64,000 bases of DNA from Gemmatimonadales bacterium (GTDB lineage Bacteria; Gemmatimonadota; Gemmatimonadetes; Gemmatimonadales; GWC2-71-9), in the NCBI GenBank assembly GCA_965249575.1, contig OZ252244.1, forward strand, positions 2,016,001 through 2,080,000, in the 5' to 3' direction. A program made the position numbers and the translations under genes. Below the pieces are notes generated by a model. It did no database searches. It had not been told where the DNA came from and saw only the letters and a program-made list of their open reading frames with translations. Below are positions 19,364 through 29,651 of this stretch, piece after piece (the stretch's first letter is position 1; the number at the start of each line of letters is the position of its first letter).

Positions 19364-20149
19364 ATGTGGCAGACTAACGCCAAGGTACTGTTCGTCACGC
19401 TCGTATCCCTGGGGTTCTTCACCCTCGTGGCGCACATCATCCCGCAGCTCGAGTCGGCCGTCCCAGAGGAGTTGAGCCTCGGGAGCGATGTGACACCGGA
19501 AGCGCTGGCCGAAGCCGGTGGGCTCGTCTTCAACGGCGCGGGCGGGTGCACCGCGTGTCACGGCCTGGGCCAGCGGGCTCCGAACCTCCGCGCTGATCAT
19601 GCCGGTGAGGGGACGATCGGCGTGCGATGCGGCTCACGGGGGCCCGGCAAAGACTGCAAGCAGTATCTGTGGGAGTCGATGACCGAACCCGGCAGTTACC
19701 TCGTGCCCGGGTTCGACAACATCATGCCGGACGTGCGCCGTCAGTTACCGGAGGATCAGATCTGGGCGACCATCGCCTACCTCCAGTCGCTAGGGGGCGA
19801 GATCACCGTCACGGCCGCCGACCTCCCGGCGCCGGGGGCGGAAGCCGCTGCGCCAGCGGCGGGGGCACTCGGGGTGACCGCCACGACCGATCCGCTCGCC
19901 ATCCTACGGGAGAACATCTGCGTGACCTGTCACCAGCTCGGTGGCGAGGGCGCGCCCATCGGACCCCCGTTTGACGGGATCGGCTCGCGACTCACCCGCG
20001 ACGCCATTCGCCAGGGGATTCTCGATCCCAACGCCAGCGCGGCGGTCGGATACGAGCACCTGAAGGGGACCATGCCCGTTTTCTTCGGCGAAAGGCTCAC
20101 CGCCGCGCAGCTGGAAGCGGTGGTCAACTTTCTGGCGGAGCATAAGTGA
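19364..20149 (+). CDS. Membrane-anchored diheme cytochrome c
   Basis: N-terminal TM; CTACH and CVTCH, each followed by a MP Met-ligand motif. Confidence 0.9.
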   Translation: MWQTNAKVLFVTLVSLGFFTLVAHIIPQLESAVPEELSLGSDVTPEALAEAGGLVFNGAGGCTACHGLGQRAPNLRADHAGEGTIGVRCGSRGPGKDCKQYLWESMTEPGSYLVPGFDNIMPDVRRQLPEDQIWATIAYLQSLGGEITVTAADLPAPGAEAAAPAAGALGVTATTDPLAILRENICVTCHQLGGEGAPIGPPFDGIGSRLTRDAIRQGILDPNASAAVGYEHLKGTMPVFFGERLTAAQLEAVVNFLAEHK

Positions 20150-20973
20150 GCGGGCGCCGGTCGATCTGGCGGCGGCTTTGGCCCGAGCATCCGTTCTGGC
20201 AGGCGGTGGTCCTCGTGGTGTTGTCATACGCCTCGTTCAAGTGGGGAGTAGAGTACGTTCCGCCGCTGTTCGGGATGCGCAGTGCTCCGGTACCGCAGAG
20301 TGTGATCATCCAGTTCATGTTCACCGCGCTGGTCGGCATTCTCGTCTACGTGAGCGACAACGAGGAGCGTTGGCGGCGTTTCAAGGAGCCTATCAACGCG
20401 ACGTTGGTCGATGCGGACAAGCGGTGGCTCCGCACGAGTTTTCTCATACTGCTTCCGCTGCTCGTGGGATTCGCGACGTTCGAGCAAACCAGGCCCAAGG
20501 TCTCAGCGCCGGCTCAACTGCGCTCCATCCACCCGGCCCCACCCGGTCAGATCACGTTCCAGGGTTCCGCGATGCAACTGACCGGATTGGAGAACCCGTT
20601 CCGCCACCGGGGCAACATGGACGACCACGTTCGGACCGGGCGGCGCGTGTACTACCAGAATTGTCTGCCGTGCCACGGTGACCTGCTGGACGGGAAAGGG
20701 CATTTCGCACACGGATTCAGCCCTATACCGTTGGGGTTCGACGATCCCGGGACCATCGCGCAGCTCACGGAAGGCTTCGTGTTCTGGCGGGTAGCGAAAG
20801 GCGGGCCCGGGCTCCCGAGAGAAGGGACGCCGTGGAATTCCGCAATGCCGGCGTGGGAGGATTTTCTCACCGAGGACGAGATCTGGTCCGTGATAATCTT
20901 CCTCTACGAGCAGTCCGGTTGGGAGCCTCGTCGCTGGGAGGTGGAGGGAGAAGGGGGCGGGGGCCATGACTAG
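20146..20973 (+). CDS. Membrane-bound monoheme cytochrome c
   Basis: Three N-terminal hydrophobic segments; CLPCH; NSAMPAW. Confidence 0.88.
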   Translation: MSGRRSIWRRLWPEHPFWQAVVLVVLSYASFKWGVEYVPPLFGMRSAPVPQSVIIQFMFTALVGILVYVSDNEERWRRFKEPINATLVDADKRWLRTSFLILLPLLVGFATFEQTRPKVSAPAQLRSIHPAPPGQITFQGSAMQLTGLENPFRHRGNMDDHVRTGRRVYYQNCLPCHGDLLDGKGHFAHGFSPIPLGFDDPGTIAQLTEGFVFWRVAKGGPGLPREGTPWNSAMPAWEDFLTEDEIWSVIIFLYEQSGWEPRRWEVEGEGGGGHD

Positions 20974-22528
20974 GGTTCTCCTCCGCAGTCAGCACGCTCG
21001 CTGGGGAGCCGCTGTTTTACTCGCCCTGTGCACGCCGGCTGGACTGTCGGGGCAGGACGTCACGCGCGGCAAGGACCTCTACGACAAATGGTGCGCCGAG
21101 TGCCATGGTGAGAGCGGAGCGGGTGACGGCTCTGCAGCGTCGTACATGCTGCCCCGTCCTCGCGACTTCACCAGGGCGCTCTATCAAATCCGGACCACAG
21201 CGAGCGGGGAGCTGCCGACGGATGACGACATTCGGCGGGTGATCGACGATGGGATGCCCGGCACGGCCATGCCCGCTTGGAAGACGCGCCTCTCATCCTC
21301 TGAGCGGGATGACCTGGTAGAGTATCTCAAGGGCCTGTCGACGTTCTTCAGCGGCCCGGCGCCCACCGCGATTTCACTAGGCAAGGCGCCGCGCGCCAGC
21401 GAGGAGGGCCTCGTCGAGGGCCGCGCGATCTTCGAGCAGCTCGAGTGCTTCAAGTGTCACGGCAATCAGGGACGCGGTGACGGCCAGTCTGCTCCCACCC
21501 TGACGGACGATTGGGACTTCCCGATCTTCGCGGCTGATCTCACGCAGAACTGGCAGTTCAACGGGGGTGGGTCCGCAGAGCAGATCTACACGCGCATGCG
21601 GACGGGCCTCGACGGCACCCCGATGCCGTCCAATAGCGACGTAGTCGATGCCGGCATAATCACCGACGAACAGCTGTGGCGCGTGGCCCACTACGTTCGC
21701 TCATTGTCTCCGGGGGAGGCTCCTCGGGTACGGGAAGTGATTCGAGCGTTCCGTACCGATGGCGCGCTTCCCGCGGGCCCGGACGACAGCATTTGGGCGG
21801 GGATCGAGCCGTTCTACATCCCCCTCGTGGGACAGATCATCGTTGCCCCGAGGTGGTTCGCCCCAGCGGTCTCGGCAATCTGGGTGCGAGCCGTTCACGA
21901 CGGGGCACGCATCAGCCTGCTCCTAAGCTGGAGCGATCGCTCGGCCAGCCCGGATCCGGAGTGGGATGAATGGCTGACGCGCCTAGCAGGGTCAATGACC
22001 GATGTAGACGGTGTGATTCCGGTCGATCAGGGTCCGGACCGGTTCATTGTCCAGCTTCCGAGCGACTTCGATCCCGATGACGCCGAATTGCCATTTTTTC
22101 TCGGTGGCGGCAGCCGGCGTCCGGTGCATCTGTGGCGCTGGACCAGCACGCCGAATCAGCTGGAGGTCGGGTTGGGTGCAGGGCTAGGAACGTTCGAGCC
22201 GGGCGCTGGTGAAAACGAAGTTTCCCACTCTGCTAGGTACGCCGATGGCGAATGGCGGTTGCAGGTGACCCGGAGCCTGGTGGCTTCGGATACCGCCACT
22301 TCCCCAACCTTCCACGAAGGTGCGTCGATTCCGATCGCGTTCTTTGCCGCCGATGGCTCAAACGGTGAAGCGGACGTGCGGGGATCGGTCAGCGCCTGGT
22401 ATTCGATCTACCTCGATGCGCCGACGCCACCGCGAGTATACTTCGCCCCTGTGGTTGCAGTGCTGCTGACCGCGGCGCTGGGGCTCGTGGTCGTGTGGCG
22501 GGCTCAGCGACGCGAGCGAGCGGAATGA
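20966..22528 (+). CDS. Diheme cytochrome c fused to an ethylbenzene-dehydrogenase-gamma (EB_dh/DOMON)-like domain, C-terminal TM
   Basis: CAECH...PRDF...GTAMP; CFKCH...GTPMP; VRAVHDG..I..LLSWSD, DRFIVQLP, PVHLWRW, GEWRL, PIAFFAADG. Confidence 0.82.
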   Translation: MTRVLLRSQHARWGAAVLLALCTPAGLSGQDVTRGKDLYDKWCAECHGESGAGDGSAASYMLPRPRDFTRALYQIRTTASGELPTDDDIRRVIDDGMPGTAMPAWKTRLSSSERDDLVEYLKGLSTFFSGPAPTAISLGKAPRASEEGLVEGRAIFEQLECFKCHGNQGRGDGQSAPTLTDDWDFPIFAADLTQNWQFNGGGSAEQIYTRMRTGLDGTPMPSNSDVVDAGIITDEQLWRVAHYVRSLSPGEAPRVREVIRAFRTDGALPAGPDDSIWAGIEPFYIPLVGQIIVAPRWFAPAVSAIWVRAVHDGARISLLLSWSDRSASPDPEWDEWLTRLAGSMTDVDGVIPVDQGPDRFIVQLPSDFDPDDAELPFFLGGGSRRPVHLWRWTSTPNQLEVGLGAGLGTFEPGAGENEVSHSARYADGEWRLQVTRSLVASDTATSPTFHEGASIPIAFFAADGSNGEADVRGSVSAWYSIYLDAPTPPRVYFAPVVAVLLTAALGLVVVWRAQRRERAE

Positions 22529-22553
22529 AGACAACGAAGACACCGGAGGAACA

Positions 22554-23288
22554 ATGAAGCGAGTTGTGCTTTTGAGCGTGGTGATGAGCCTCGCATGCGG
22601 CGGCGGCGACGGTGCATCAGGTGGCGATCAGGCGGCGCCAGCCGTTGCACCCCTCGGAACCGGCACTATCACGGGGTTCGTCCAGTTCTCCGGCGTGGCT
22701 CCGGCCAATCCGGCAATTGACATGGCGGAAGAACCAGACTGCAAGGCCAAGCATTCCAACGGGCCGGTGGACCCGCGAGTGGCGGTATCTGATGGCAGAC
22801 TGGGCGGCGCTTTTGTGTACGTGAAGGGCGGCCTGCCCGCTGGTCCATATCCGGCGGCACCGACGGCGGTCCTAGACCAGAATGGCTGTCTCTACAACCC
22901 CAGGGTGTTCGGGGTGATGGCGGGCCAGGAATTCGAGATTCGCAATAGCGATCCGGTGCTGCACAACATCAAGGCGGTTCCAGCGGCGAACCGTGGCTTC
23001 AACATTAGCCAGCCCTCTGAGGGAATGGTGAGCAAGCGGACGTTCAATGCCCCGGAGATCGGGATCCCATTGGAGTGCAGTGTGCATGGTTGGATGAACG
23101 CTCACGTGAGCGTTGTAGAGCACCCGTACTTCAGCACATCCGGCTCTAACGGCTCGTTCTCGATTGGCGGGCTTCCGGCCGGTACGTACGAGCTCGAGGC
23201 CTGGCACCCGGTGCTTGGTGCTCAGACCGCGACAGTCACCGTGGGCGACGACGGGGCCGGCACAGCCGAGTTCACGTTCAGCTCCTGA
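22554..23288 (+). CDS. Lipoprotein with cupredoxin-like and carboxypeptidase-regulatory-like domains
   Basis: Lipobox SLAC; LDQNGCLYNP, NSDPVLHN, CSVHGWM (possible Cu site), LPAGTYELEAWHP. Confidence 0.75.
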   Translation: MKRVVLLSVVMSLACGGGDGASGGDQAAPAVAPLGTGTITGFVQFSGVAPANPAIDMAEEPDCKAKHSNGPVDPRVAVSDGRLGGAFVYVKGGLPAGPYPAAPTAVLDQNGCLYNPRVFGVMAGQEFEIRNSDPVLHNIKAVPAANRGFNISQPSEGMVSKRTFNAPEIGIPLECSVHGWMNAHVSVVEHPYFSTSGSNGSFSIGGLPAGTYELEAWHPVLGAQTATVTVGDDGAGTAEFTFSS

Positions 23289-23299
23289 GGGGGAGGCAA

Positions 23300-23974
23300 A
23301 TGGACTGGATTCTGCCGCACGGGGCCTCGACATATTCGGGCGACATCGACGCTCTCTATTACCTCATACTCTGGATTACGGGCGCGGCGTTTCTGATCGT
23401 CGAGGCGGCGCTCATCTGGTTCGTCATTGCCTATCGGGAGCGCCCGGGTAGAAAGGCGTACTACACACACGGGAGCGTCCGCGCGGAGGTGATCTGGACG
23501 GCGGTACCGGCGGTCGTCGTCGTGGTGATCGGCATCCTGAGTGGCGTCGTCTGGAACCAGGTCAAAGGACGGGACAGTGCGCCGGCCGGCTCACTGGAAA
23601 TCGCGGTAGAGGGCAAGCAGTTCGAGTGGAACGTGACCTATCCTGGGATAGATGGGGCACTGGGTACATCGGACGACTTCACCGTGCGCAACCAGCTTCA
23701 TATCCCAGTCGACCGTCCGGTCAATGTTCAGCTCACCGCGCAGGACGTCATACATTCCTTGTTTATCCCGGTTTTTCGCGTGAAACAGGACGCCGTCCCC
23801 GGGATGCGCATTCCGGTCTGGTTCGAGGCGACCGAAACCGGCGAGCACGAGATCGCATGTGCCGAGCTGTGCGGCTTGGGACATTATCGCATGCGTGCGA
23901 TCGTCACCGTGCACTCGCAGGATGAATACGACGCCTGGCATGCCGAGCGGGCGCAAACTCTGGCTTCACGGTAA
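23300..23974 (+). CDS. coxB: Cytochrome c oxidase subunit II (CuA, no fused cytochrome c)
   Basis: EVIWTAVP, DVIHS, QDAVPG, CAELCGLGHYRM. Confidence 0.95.
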   Translation: MDWILPHGASTYSGDIDALYYLILWITGAAFLIVEAALIWFVIAYRERPGRKAYYTHGSVRAEVIWTAVPAVVVVVIGILSGVVWNQVKGRDSAPAGSLEIAVEGKQFEWNVTYPGIDGALGTSDDFTVRNQLHIPVDRPVNVQLTAQDVIHSLFIPVFRVKQDAVPGMRIPVWFEATETGEHEIACAELCGLGHYRMRAIVTVHSQDEYDAWHAERAQTLASR

Positions 23975-23984
23975 AGGGCGAGAC

Positions 23985-25745
23985 ATGGCGACGACAGCGG
24001 CGGCGGTCGAAACTGCGACCCATGTAGACGACCGTTCGTTCACCCAGAAGTACATCTTCTCGACCGATCACAAGATCATCGGGATCCAGTTCCTGATCGC
24101 GAGCCTGTTCGGCCTCCTCATTGGGGGCGTGCTGGCCATGGGAATCCGGTGGCAGGTCGGTTTTCCGGGCGAACCGATGCCCGGCGCCGCGATCCTGCCG
24201 GAGACTATGGCGCCCGGCGGCGTGCTGCTCCCCGAGTTCTACGCCTCGCTGGTGACCATGCATGGAACGTTCATGGTGTTCTTCGCGATCATGCCGCTCC
24301 TCGTGGGAGTGTACGCGAACTACCTGATCCCACTCAAGATCGGCGCGCCGGACATGGCTTTCCCACGAATCAACATGGCGTCCTTCTGGATCGCGGTGCC
24401 GGCACTGGCGATCATGCTCGCGGGGTTCTTCGTTGAGGGCGGACACTCGGGAGCGGGATGGACGGTCTACGCGCCGCTCAGCGCCAAGCCCGAATACTCG
24501 GGAGTGAGCGACGGGCAGGTTCTCTGGCTCGTGAGCATAGCGGTCCTGGGTCTCTCTTCCATACTGGGGTCGACGAACTACATCGCCACGATCATCAACA
24601 TGCGTGCGCCTGGGATGACGTGGTTCCGTATGCCCCTCAGCATCTGGTCGTTGTTCGTTACCGCGGTCCTGGTCCTGCTGGCGATCCCCATCCTTTCGGG
24701 GGCGGCCATCATGCTGCTGTTCGACCAGACGATCGGGACCCATTTCTTCGATGTCGCCGAGGGTGGGCAGCCGCTGCTGTGGCAGCACCTCTTCTGGTTT
24801 TTCGGACATCCCGAGGTGTACATCCTCATCCTTCCAGCCATGGGCATGGTATCCGACATCCTCGCAAACGGCGCGCGGAAACCGATATTCGGGTACCACT
24901 CCATGGTCTACGCAATCATCGGGATCGGTTTCCTGGGCTGGATCGTATGGGGGCACCACATGTTCCAGAGTGGGATGAACCCCACGCTGGGCATGACGTT
25001 CATGATCTCCACAATGCTCATTGCGGTCCCGTCGGCGATCAAGACCTTCAACTGGCTCGGGACGATCTGGCGGGGGAACATCCGGCTCCACGTTCCCATG
25101 CTCCACGCTCTCGCGTTCGTGGCGATGTTCGTGATCGGCGGGCTGAGCGGCGTCTTCATGGCGTCGACGCCGGTCGACATCTACATCCACGACACCTACT
25201 TCATCGTGGCGCACTTGCATTATGTGTTGTTCGGGGGGAGCCTGTTCGCGCTGTTCGGCGCGATCACCTTCTGGTATCCGAAGATGTTCGGGCGCATGAT
25301 GAACACCTTCTGGGGCAAGGCCCATTTCTGGCTCACGTTCATCACGTACAATCTGGTGTTCTTCCCGATGCATGGGCTCGGCTTGCAGGGACACATGCGC
25401 CGGATCTACGACCCGACGCAATATGAGTTTCTTCAGCCACTCCAGCCGCTCAACGAGTTCATTTCGATGTCGGCCTTCGCGCTCTTTGCGGTTCAGGTGA
25501 TATTCGCGCTGAACTTCATCTTGAGCTGGTTTTTCGGGAAGAAGGCGGAGGAGAACCCGTGGGACGACACGGGCCTCGAGTGGTCGACGCCGTCGCCGCC
25601 GCCCCACGGCAATTTCCCGACGACACCTCACGTGTATCACCCGCCGTACGAATTCAGTTCACCACTGGTCGAGGAGGACTACTTGCCCCAGGATCGGCGA
25701 CTCGATGCCAGCCCGCAGCCCGCCGCCGGCCAGGTGGGCGGGTGA
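23985..25745 (+). CDS. coxA: Cytochrome c oxidase subunit I, type A1
   Basis: STDHKIIG, MHGTFMVF, PDMAFPRIN, FFGHPEVY, WGHHMF, AHLHY; ATG at 23985. Confidence 0.96.
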   Translation: MATTAAAVETATHVDDRSFTQKYIFSTDHKIIGIQFLIASLFGLLIGGVLAMGIRWQVGFPGEPMPGAAILPETMAPGGVLLPEFYASLVTMHGTFMVFFAIMPLLVGVYANYLIPLKIGAPDMAFPRINMASFWIAVPALAIMLAGFFVEGGHSGAGWTVYAPLSAKPEYSGVSDGQVLWLVSIAVLGLSSILGSTNYIATIINMRAPGMTWFRMPLSIWSLFVTAVLVLLAIPILSGAAIMLLFDQTIGTHFFDVAEGGQPLLWQHLFWFFGHPEVYILILPAMGMVSDILANGARKPIFGYHSMVYAIIGIGFLGWIVWGHHMFQSGMNPTLGMTFMISTMLIAVPSAIKTFNWLGTIWRGNIRLHVPMLHALAFVAMFVIGGLSGVFMASTPVDIYIHDTYFIVAHLHYVLFGGSLFALFGAITFWYPKMFGRMMNTFWGKAHFWLTFITYNLVFFPMHGLGLQGHMRRIYDPTQYEFLQPLQPLNEFISMSAFALFAVQVIFALNFILSWFFGKKAEENPWDDTGLEWSTPSPPPHGNFPTTPHVYHPPYEFSSPLVEEDYLPQDRRLDASPQPAAGQVGG

Positions 25746-26356
25746 TGGCCGCACATCCGGCCGCCGCCGCGGTTATGGAGCCCCCGACCAACGTCGAGAC
25801 GGGCTCCGGGGTCTATAACGAGAAGCTGGGCATGTGGGTGTTCCTCGGCTCCGAGGTGATGTTCTTCACCGCCCTCATCGGCTCCTACATCATTCTGCGG
25901 TTCGGCAATCCGCAGGCATGGGGCCAGCCGGGGGAAGTGCTGAACATCCCGGTCACAGCCGTAAACACCTTTCTGCTCATTTGCAGCAGCGTGACGATGG
26001 TCAAGGCGTTTGCCGCGGCCCAGGACGGTTACCCCAAGGCACTTCGATGGTGGCTCGTGGCGACCGTGCTCATCGGGGCGACGTTCGTGGGCGTCCAGAT
26101 CTACGAGTACAGCGAATTGATCCATCACGGGTTTTTGGTCAGCTCGGGGCTCTATGGGTCGACGTTTTACACGATGACCGGCTTCCACGGGTTCCACGTG
26201 TCGATGGGTGTGGTCTGCATGATGTTCGTTACGTGGAAGGCATTCCGGGGCAAGTACACGGTCTCGGACCACCGGGGGGTGGAGGTCATCGGCCTGTACT
26301 GGCACTTCGTCGATCTGGTGTGGATCATCCTTTTCACGATCGTCTATCTGATCTGA
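25745..26356 (+). CDS. coxC: Cytochrome c oxidase subunit III
   Basis: LGMWVFLGSEVMFF, TGFHGFHV, YWHFVDLVW. Confidence 0.95.
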   Translation: MAAHPAAAAVMEPPTNVETGSGVYNEKLGMWVFLGSEVMFFTALIGSYIILRFGNPQAWGQPGEVLNIPVTAVNTFLLICSSVTMVKAFAAAQDGYPKALRWWLVATVLIGATFVGVQIYEYSELIHHGFLVSSGLYGSTFYTMTGFHGFHVSMGVVCMMFVTWKAFRGKYTVSDHRGVEVIGLYWHFVDLVWIILFTIVYLI

Positions 26357-26374
26357 TCGGTGGGAGAGCGGCTC

Positions 26375-26650
26375 ATGCAAGAGGCAAAGCATTCGCACCC
26401 GAACTACATTGGAATCTGGGTGGTCCTCGCGGTGCTCACCGTGGTAGAGATCGGCGTGGCGTTTCTGCCGTGGGCCAAGATCGTGATCATCCTTTGCCTG
26501 GTCGGGCTTGCGGTATGGAAGGCACTGCTCGTCGCTCTGTACTACATGCATCTCAAGTTCGAGGGGTCGCGCATACGGATCATGGCGGCGGCACCGCTGC
26601 CGCTCGCGGTCATCATGGTCGTCGCAGTGATCACGGAATACGTGTGGTAG
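26375..26650 (+). CDS. coxD: Cytochrome c oxidase subunit IV (prokaryotic)
   Basis: Three TM helices; KALLVALYYMHLKFE. Confidence 0.85.
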   Translation: MQEAKHSHPNYIGIWVVLAVLTVVEIGVAFLPWAKIVIILCLVGLAVWKALLVALYYMHLKFEGSRIRIMAAAPLPLAVIMVVAVITEYVW

Positions 26651-27525
26651 CGATCGCCGTCCGGCCGGTGCGGCCGGTCGACTTGTTGGAGCTCACAAAG
26701 CCGCGGATCGTAGCGTTGGTCGTGTTGACGGTGGCCGCGGGATTCTATCTCGCCGCCCCCACGGGGACTGACACGCTAGTGCTGTTCGTGCACACGCTTT
26801 TCGGGACGGCTCTGGTCGCGGCCGGCACCAACGCATTGAACCAGGTGGCCGAGAGTGACGTCGACGCCAGAATGCGCCGGACCGCGCGGCGGCCGATTCC
26901 CGCCGGCCGGTTGGACAGCTCGGCCGCCGCGGCGTTTGCGTGGACAGCCGGGGTGGCGGGTACGGTGTACCTGACCGTGTTCGTCAACGGGATCACGGCA
27001 TTCCTGGCCGGGATGACTCTACTTTCCTACGTGTGGGCATACACCACACTCAAGCGGACGACCTCGTTGTCGACGTTGGTCGGTGCGGTCCCCGGCGCTC
27101 TACCGATTGTAGGAGGCTGGACGGCTGGGGGTGGGACCCTTGGCCCCGAAGCGTGGTCCCTGTTCTGGATTCTGTTCGTCTGGCAACTCCCCCACTTCCT
27201 CGCCCTCGCGTGGATCTACCGAGAGGATTATGCGCGGGCCGGATTGAGAATGCTGAGCGTGTCCGACTCGGATGGCCGAAGCACGTTCGCGCAGGCCTCG
27301 CTGTATGCGGCCGCGCTCGTGCCGGTGAGCCTGGTTCCAACGATGCTCGGGATCGCGGGCGGTGTATACTTCTTTGGCGCGCTCGTCCTTTCGGTTTGGT
27401 TGACCTGGATGAGCGTGAGGGCTCTGCTCGATCGGACCGTGGATCGGGCCCGGCGGCTGTTCTCGGCGTCGGTGACTTACCTCCCCGTCCTCTTGCTCTT
27501 GATGGCGGTGAATAGGACCTCATGA
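26644..27525 (+). CDS. ctaB: Protoheme IX farnesyltransferase (heme O synthase)
   Basis: LTKPRI, NQVAESDVDARMRRTARRPIP, YTTLKR, GAVPGALP, WQLPHF..LA..YREDY. Confidence 0.93.
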   Translation: MVAIAVRPVRPVDLLELTKPRIVALVVLTVAAGFYLAAPTGTDTLVLFVHTLFGTALVAAGTNALNQVAESDVDARMRRTARRPIPAGRLDSSAAAAFAWTAGVAGTVYLTVFVNGITAFLAGMTLLSYVWAYTTLKRTTSLSTLVGAVPGALPIVGGWTAGGGTLGPEAWSLFWILFVWQLPHFLALAWIYREDYARAGLRMLSVSDSDGRSTFAQASLYAAALVPVSLVPTMLGIAGGVYFFGALVLSVWLTWMSVRALLDRTVDRARRLFSASVTYLPVLLLLMAVNRTS

Positions 27526-27710
27526 TACCGTTCCACCGGTTCCTCATCGGTACCGCCATCTTGTTCTGTGCGGGGTTCGCTGTCTGGGCGTTGGCCGCGT
27601 TCCGGGCGGGCGGCGGGGCCGGACCCCTCGTACTGAGTATCGCGTTTGCAATCGCGGCAGCCGCGCTCTCCTATTACCTGAAGAATCTTCGCCGTTTCCT
27701 CGGCCGATGA
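27522..27710 (+). CDS. Small two-TM membrane protein
   Basis: ATGA overlap with the ctaB stop; hydrophobic. Confidence 0.65.
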   Translation: MIPFHRFLIGTAILFCAGFAVWALAAFRAGGGAGPLVLSIAFAIAAAALSYYLKNLRRFLGR

Positions 27711-27883
27711 ACCCGGACGCACTCTCCTGGAGCATGTTCTGGGTCGGCGCCCTGTTCGTCTTCACCCCCATGCTGTTTGCCGGCATCATCCTCGGAGTGT
27801 GGTGGCACGGCCGAAAGCAGCAGGCGACCCGGGGGCCGGAGACCCTGACGACTCCCCCCGGGGATCCCAAGCCCGGCCAATAG
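27707..27883 (+). CDS. 58-aa single-TM protein (below ORF-track cutoff)
   Basis: ATGA overlap with the upstream stop; MNPDALSWSMFWVGALFVFTPMLFAGIILGVWW. Confidence 0.55.
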   Translation: MNPDALSWSMFWVGALFVFTPMLFAGIILGVWWHGRKQQATRGPETLTTPPGDPKPGQ

Positions 27884-28037
27884 CCGAATCCTACAATTTC
27901 AGGTCTTTGGCACCGATAATTCCCACTGGAAATGCGGAGTCCGGTTCGGGCGTCTGTGATCGTAATCACTTGACTCCTAGCGACTTCCATAGAAGGTTGT
28001 GGGCCAACCCTCAAGGATCGGGACGGTGAGTTGAGTC

Positions 28038-29651
28038 GTGGCACGCCTCGCTAATCTGCTCGGGTTCTGCTCGCTCTCGCTCGCCGCGATGGGCTGTGAG
28101 CCGGCCAGCATTACTGAAGCCCGGAACCAGCTGGCCCGCGGGCCGGCACGAACCGTCACGTTCGTGCTCCCGATAGCAGACACCGCCCTCACCGCCGCGG
28201 ATTTCCTGTCCATGCAGGACACGGTGACGCTGCCCAACGGCCTGATGGGCCTCAAGTTCGAGGCCGACACGATCGCCGTGACCGTTGGCGAACAACTCCA
28301 GTTCAGCAATGTGAATCTCGACCCGTTCTCGGTCGACTTTCCGGCCGTTGTGTTCGCGCAACCGGTAGGCACCATGATCGACACGACGACCTCCTACAAC
28401 GCGCTTGCGTCGGAGGCCAGGTTGCAGGCGGTCGACTCGGTCGTCATCGACACGGGGACGCTCCAGATCACGACGAGCAATCGCCTCCCCGCGCCGCAGA
28501 ATTACGGCATCGTCTTGCTGGGTGTCACGGACCCGTCGGGAACACCGCTCAGCCAAGACGGCGTGTTACCGGCCGCGCCGGGTGACGGCACGTACGTGAG
28601 CCAGGTGCTTACGTTCGACCTGACCGGGGTGACTTTCGATGTGGCGGGGGTACAGGCGGTCCTGGCGGACTCCATGACCCTGCCGGCGACACCCATCAAC
28701 CCGGCACTCGGTACCGCAGCCCTCATGCAGACCGGGACGGCGAACTTCACCGTACGGTCGCTGTCGGGGCCGCTGGATCCAGCGGCCACGCCCGAGCTGG
28801 TGGTGTCGGTCGAGAACGCTCAGGAAGTGCAGTCGTCGGACATCGACTTCGCCGATTTCGAGGACGCCGTTCTACAGGCTACGATCAACGACGCAACGGC
28901 CGACCTGACCATCACGAATACCTCGGGAACGCCGGTCCTGTTGTCGGGCGCCACGCTCGGTATCGTGCGCCTCGATCCCACGACAGGGCTCCTCCAGCGA
29001 GACGGATCGGGTAATCCCATCTATGAAACGGACGGGTCCGGCCCGCTCCTCCTGGCGATCGCGACGGCCGGTCAGTCCACGCTCAACGTGCCGGGCGGGA
29101 CGACGACCCCGCTGTCAATTGCCGCGGCTCCGCTCGTCGACAGGTTGGTCAATCTCGTGCTGATGGATCTCACGCTGCCGGTCGGTGGTGTCAGCTTCGA
29201 TCTCGTTGAAACCAACGAAGGTGGAGATCTCGACACCGCCGATTCCGACGATCTCTTAGATCGTCTTGTGTTCGCGACGGGCGCAGCCAGTGTCACGGAT
29301 GGCCTGCCGTTCGGAGTCGAGGTCGAGTTCGCGGTCGTCCCTGATTCCCAAGCTGGGAACGTCGACGTGTTCTCGTTGCCTAATAGCGTCACGCTGAGCA
29401 CGGTAGCCGTGGACCCGCCCACAGTCGATGCGGCGGGCGTCACGATCAGTCCCAGCTAAGATTCGGTTTCAGTCGACCTCACGAACGCGGCGATAGACAT
29501 CATCCTCGGGCGCACCTTCACGTCCGGGGTCCGCATCAGGCTGCTGCCCGGAATCGGCGGCGCCGGCCGTGGGGCTATTCGCACGACCGACCAGATCGTT
29601 GTCCGCGCGACGGCGCGCATCGGGCTGCGGTCGGGAGGCGCCACTCCGTGA
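28038..29651 (+). CDS. Beta-rich lipoprotein interrupted by an in-frame TAA at 29457-29459
   Basis: Lipobox AMGC; the frame continues past TAA (DSVSVDLT...GGATP) to a TGA overlapping the next GTG. Confidence 0.65.

Noticed and set aside
23904..25640. Long antisense ORFs (also 5455-6780, 17870-19180, 15406-16461)
   Set aside because: Shadow frames of well-supported genes in high-GC DNA
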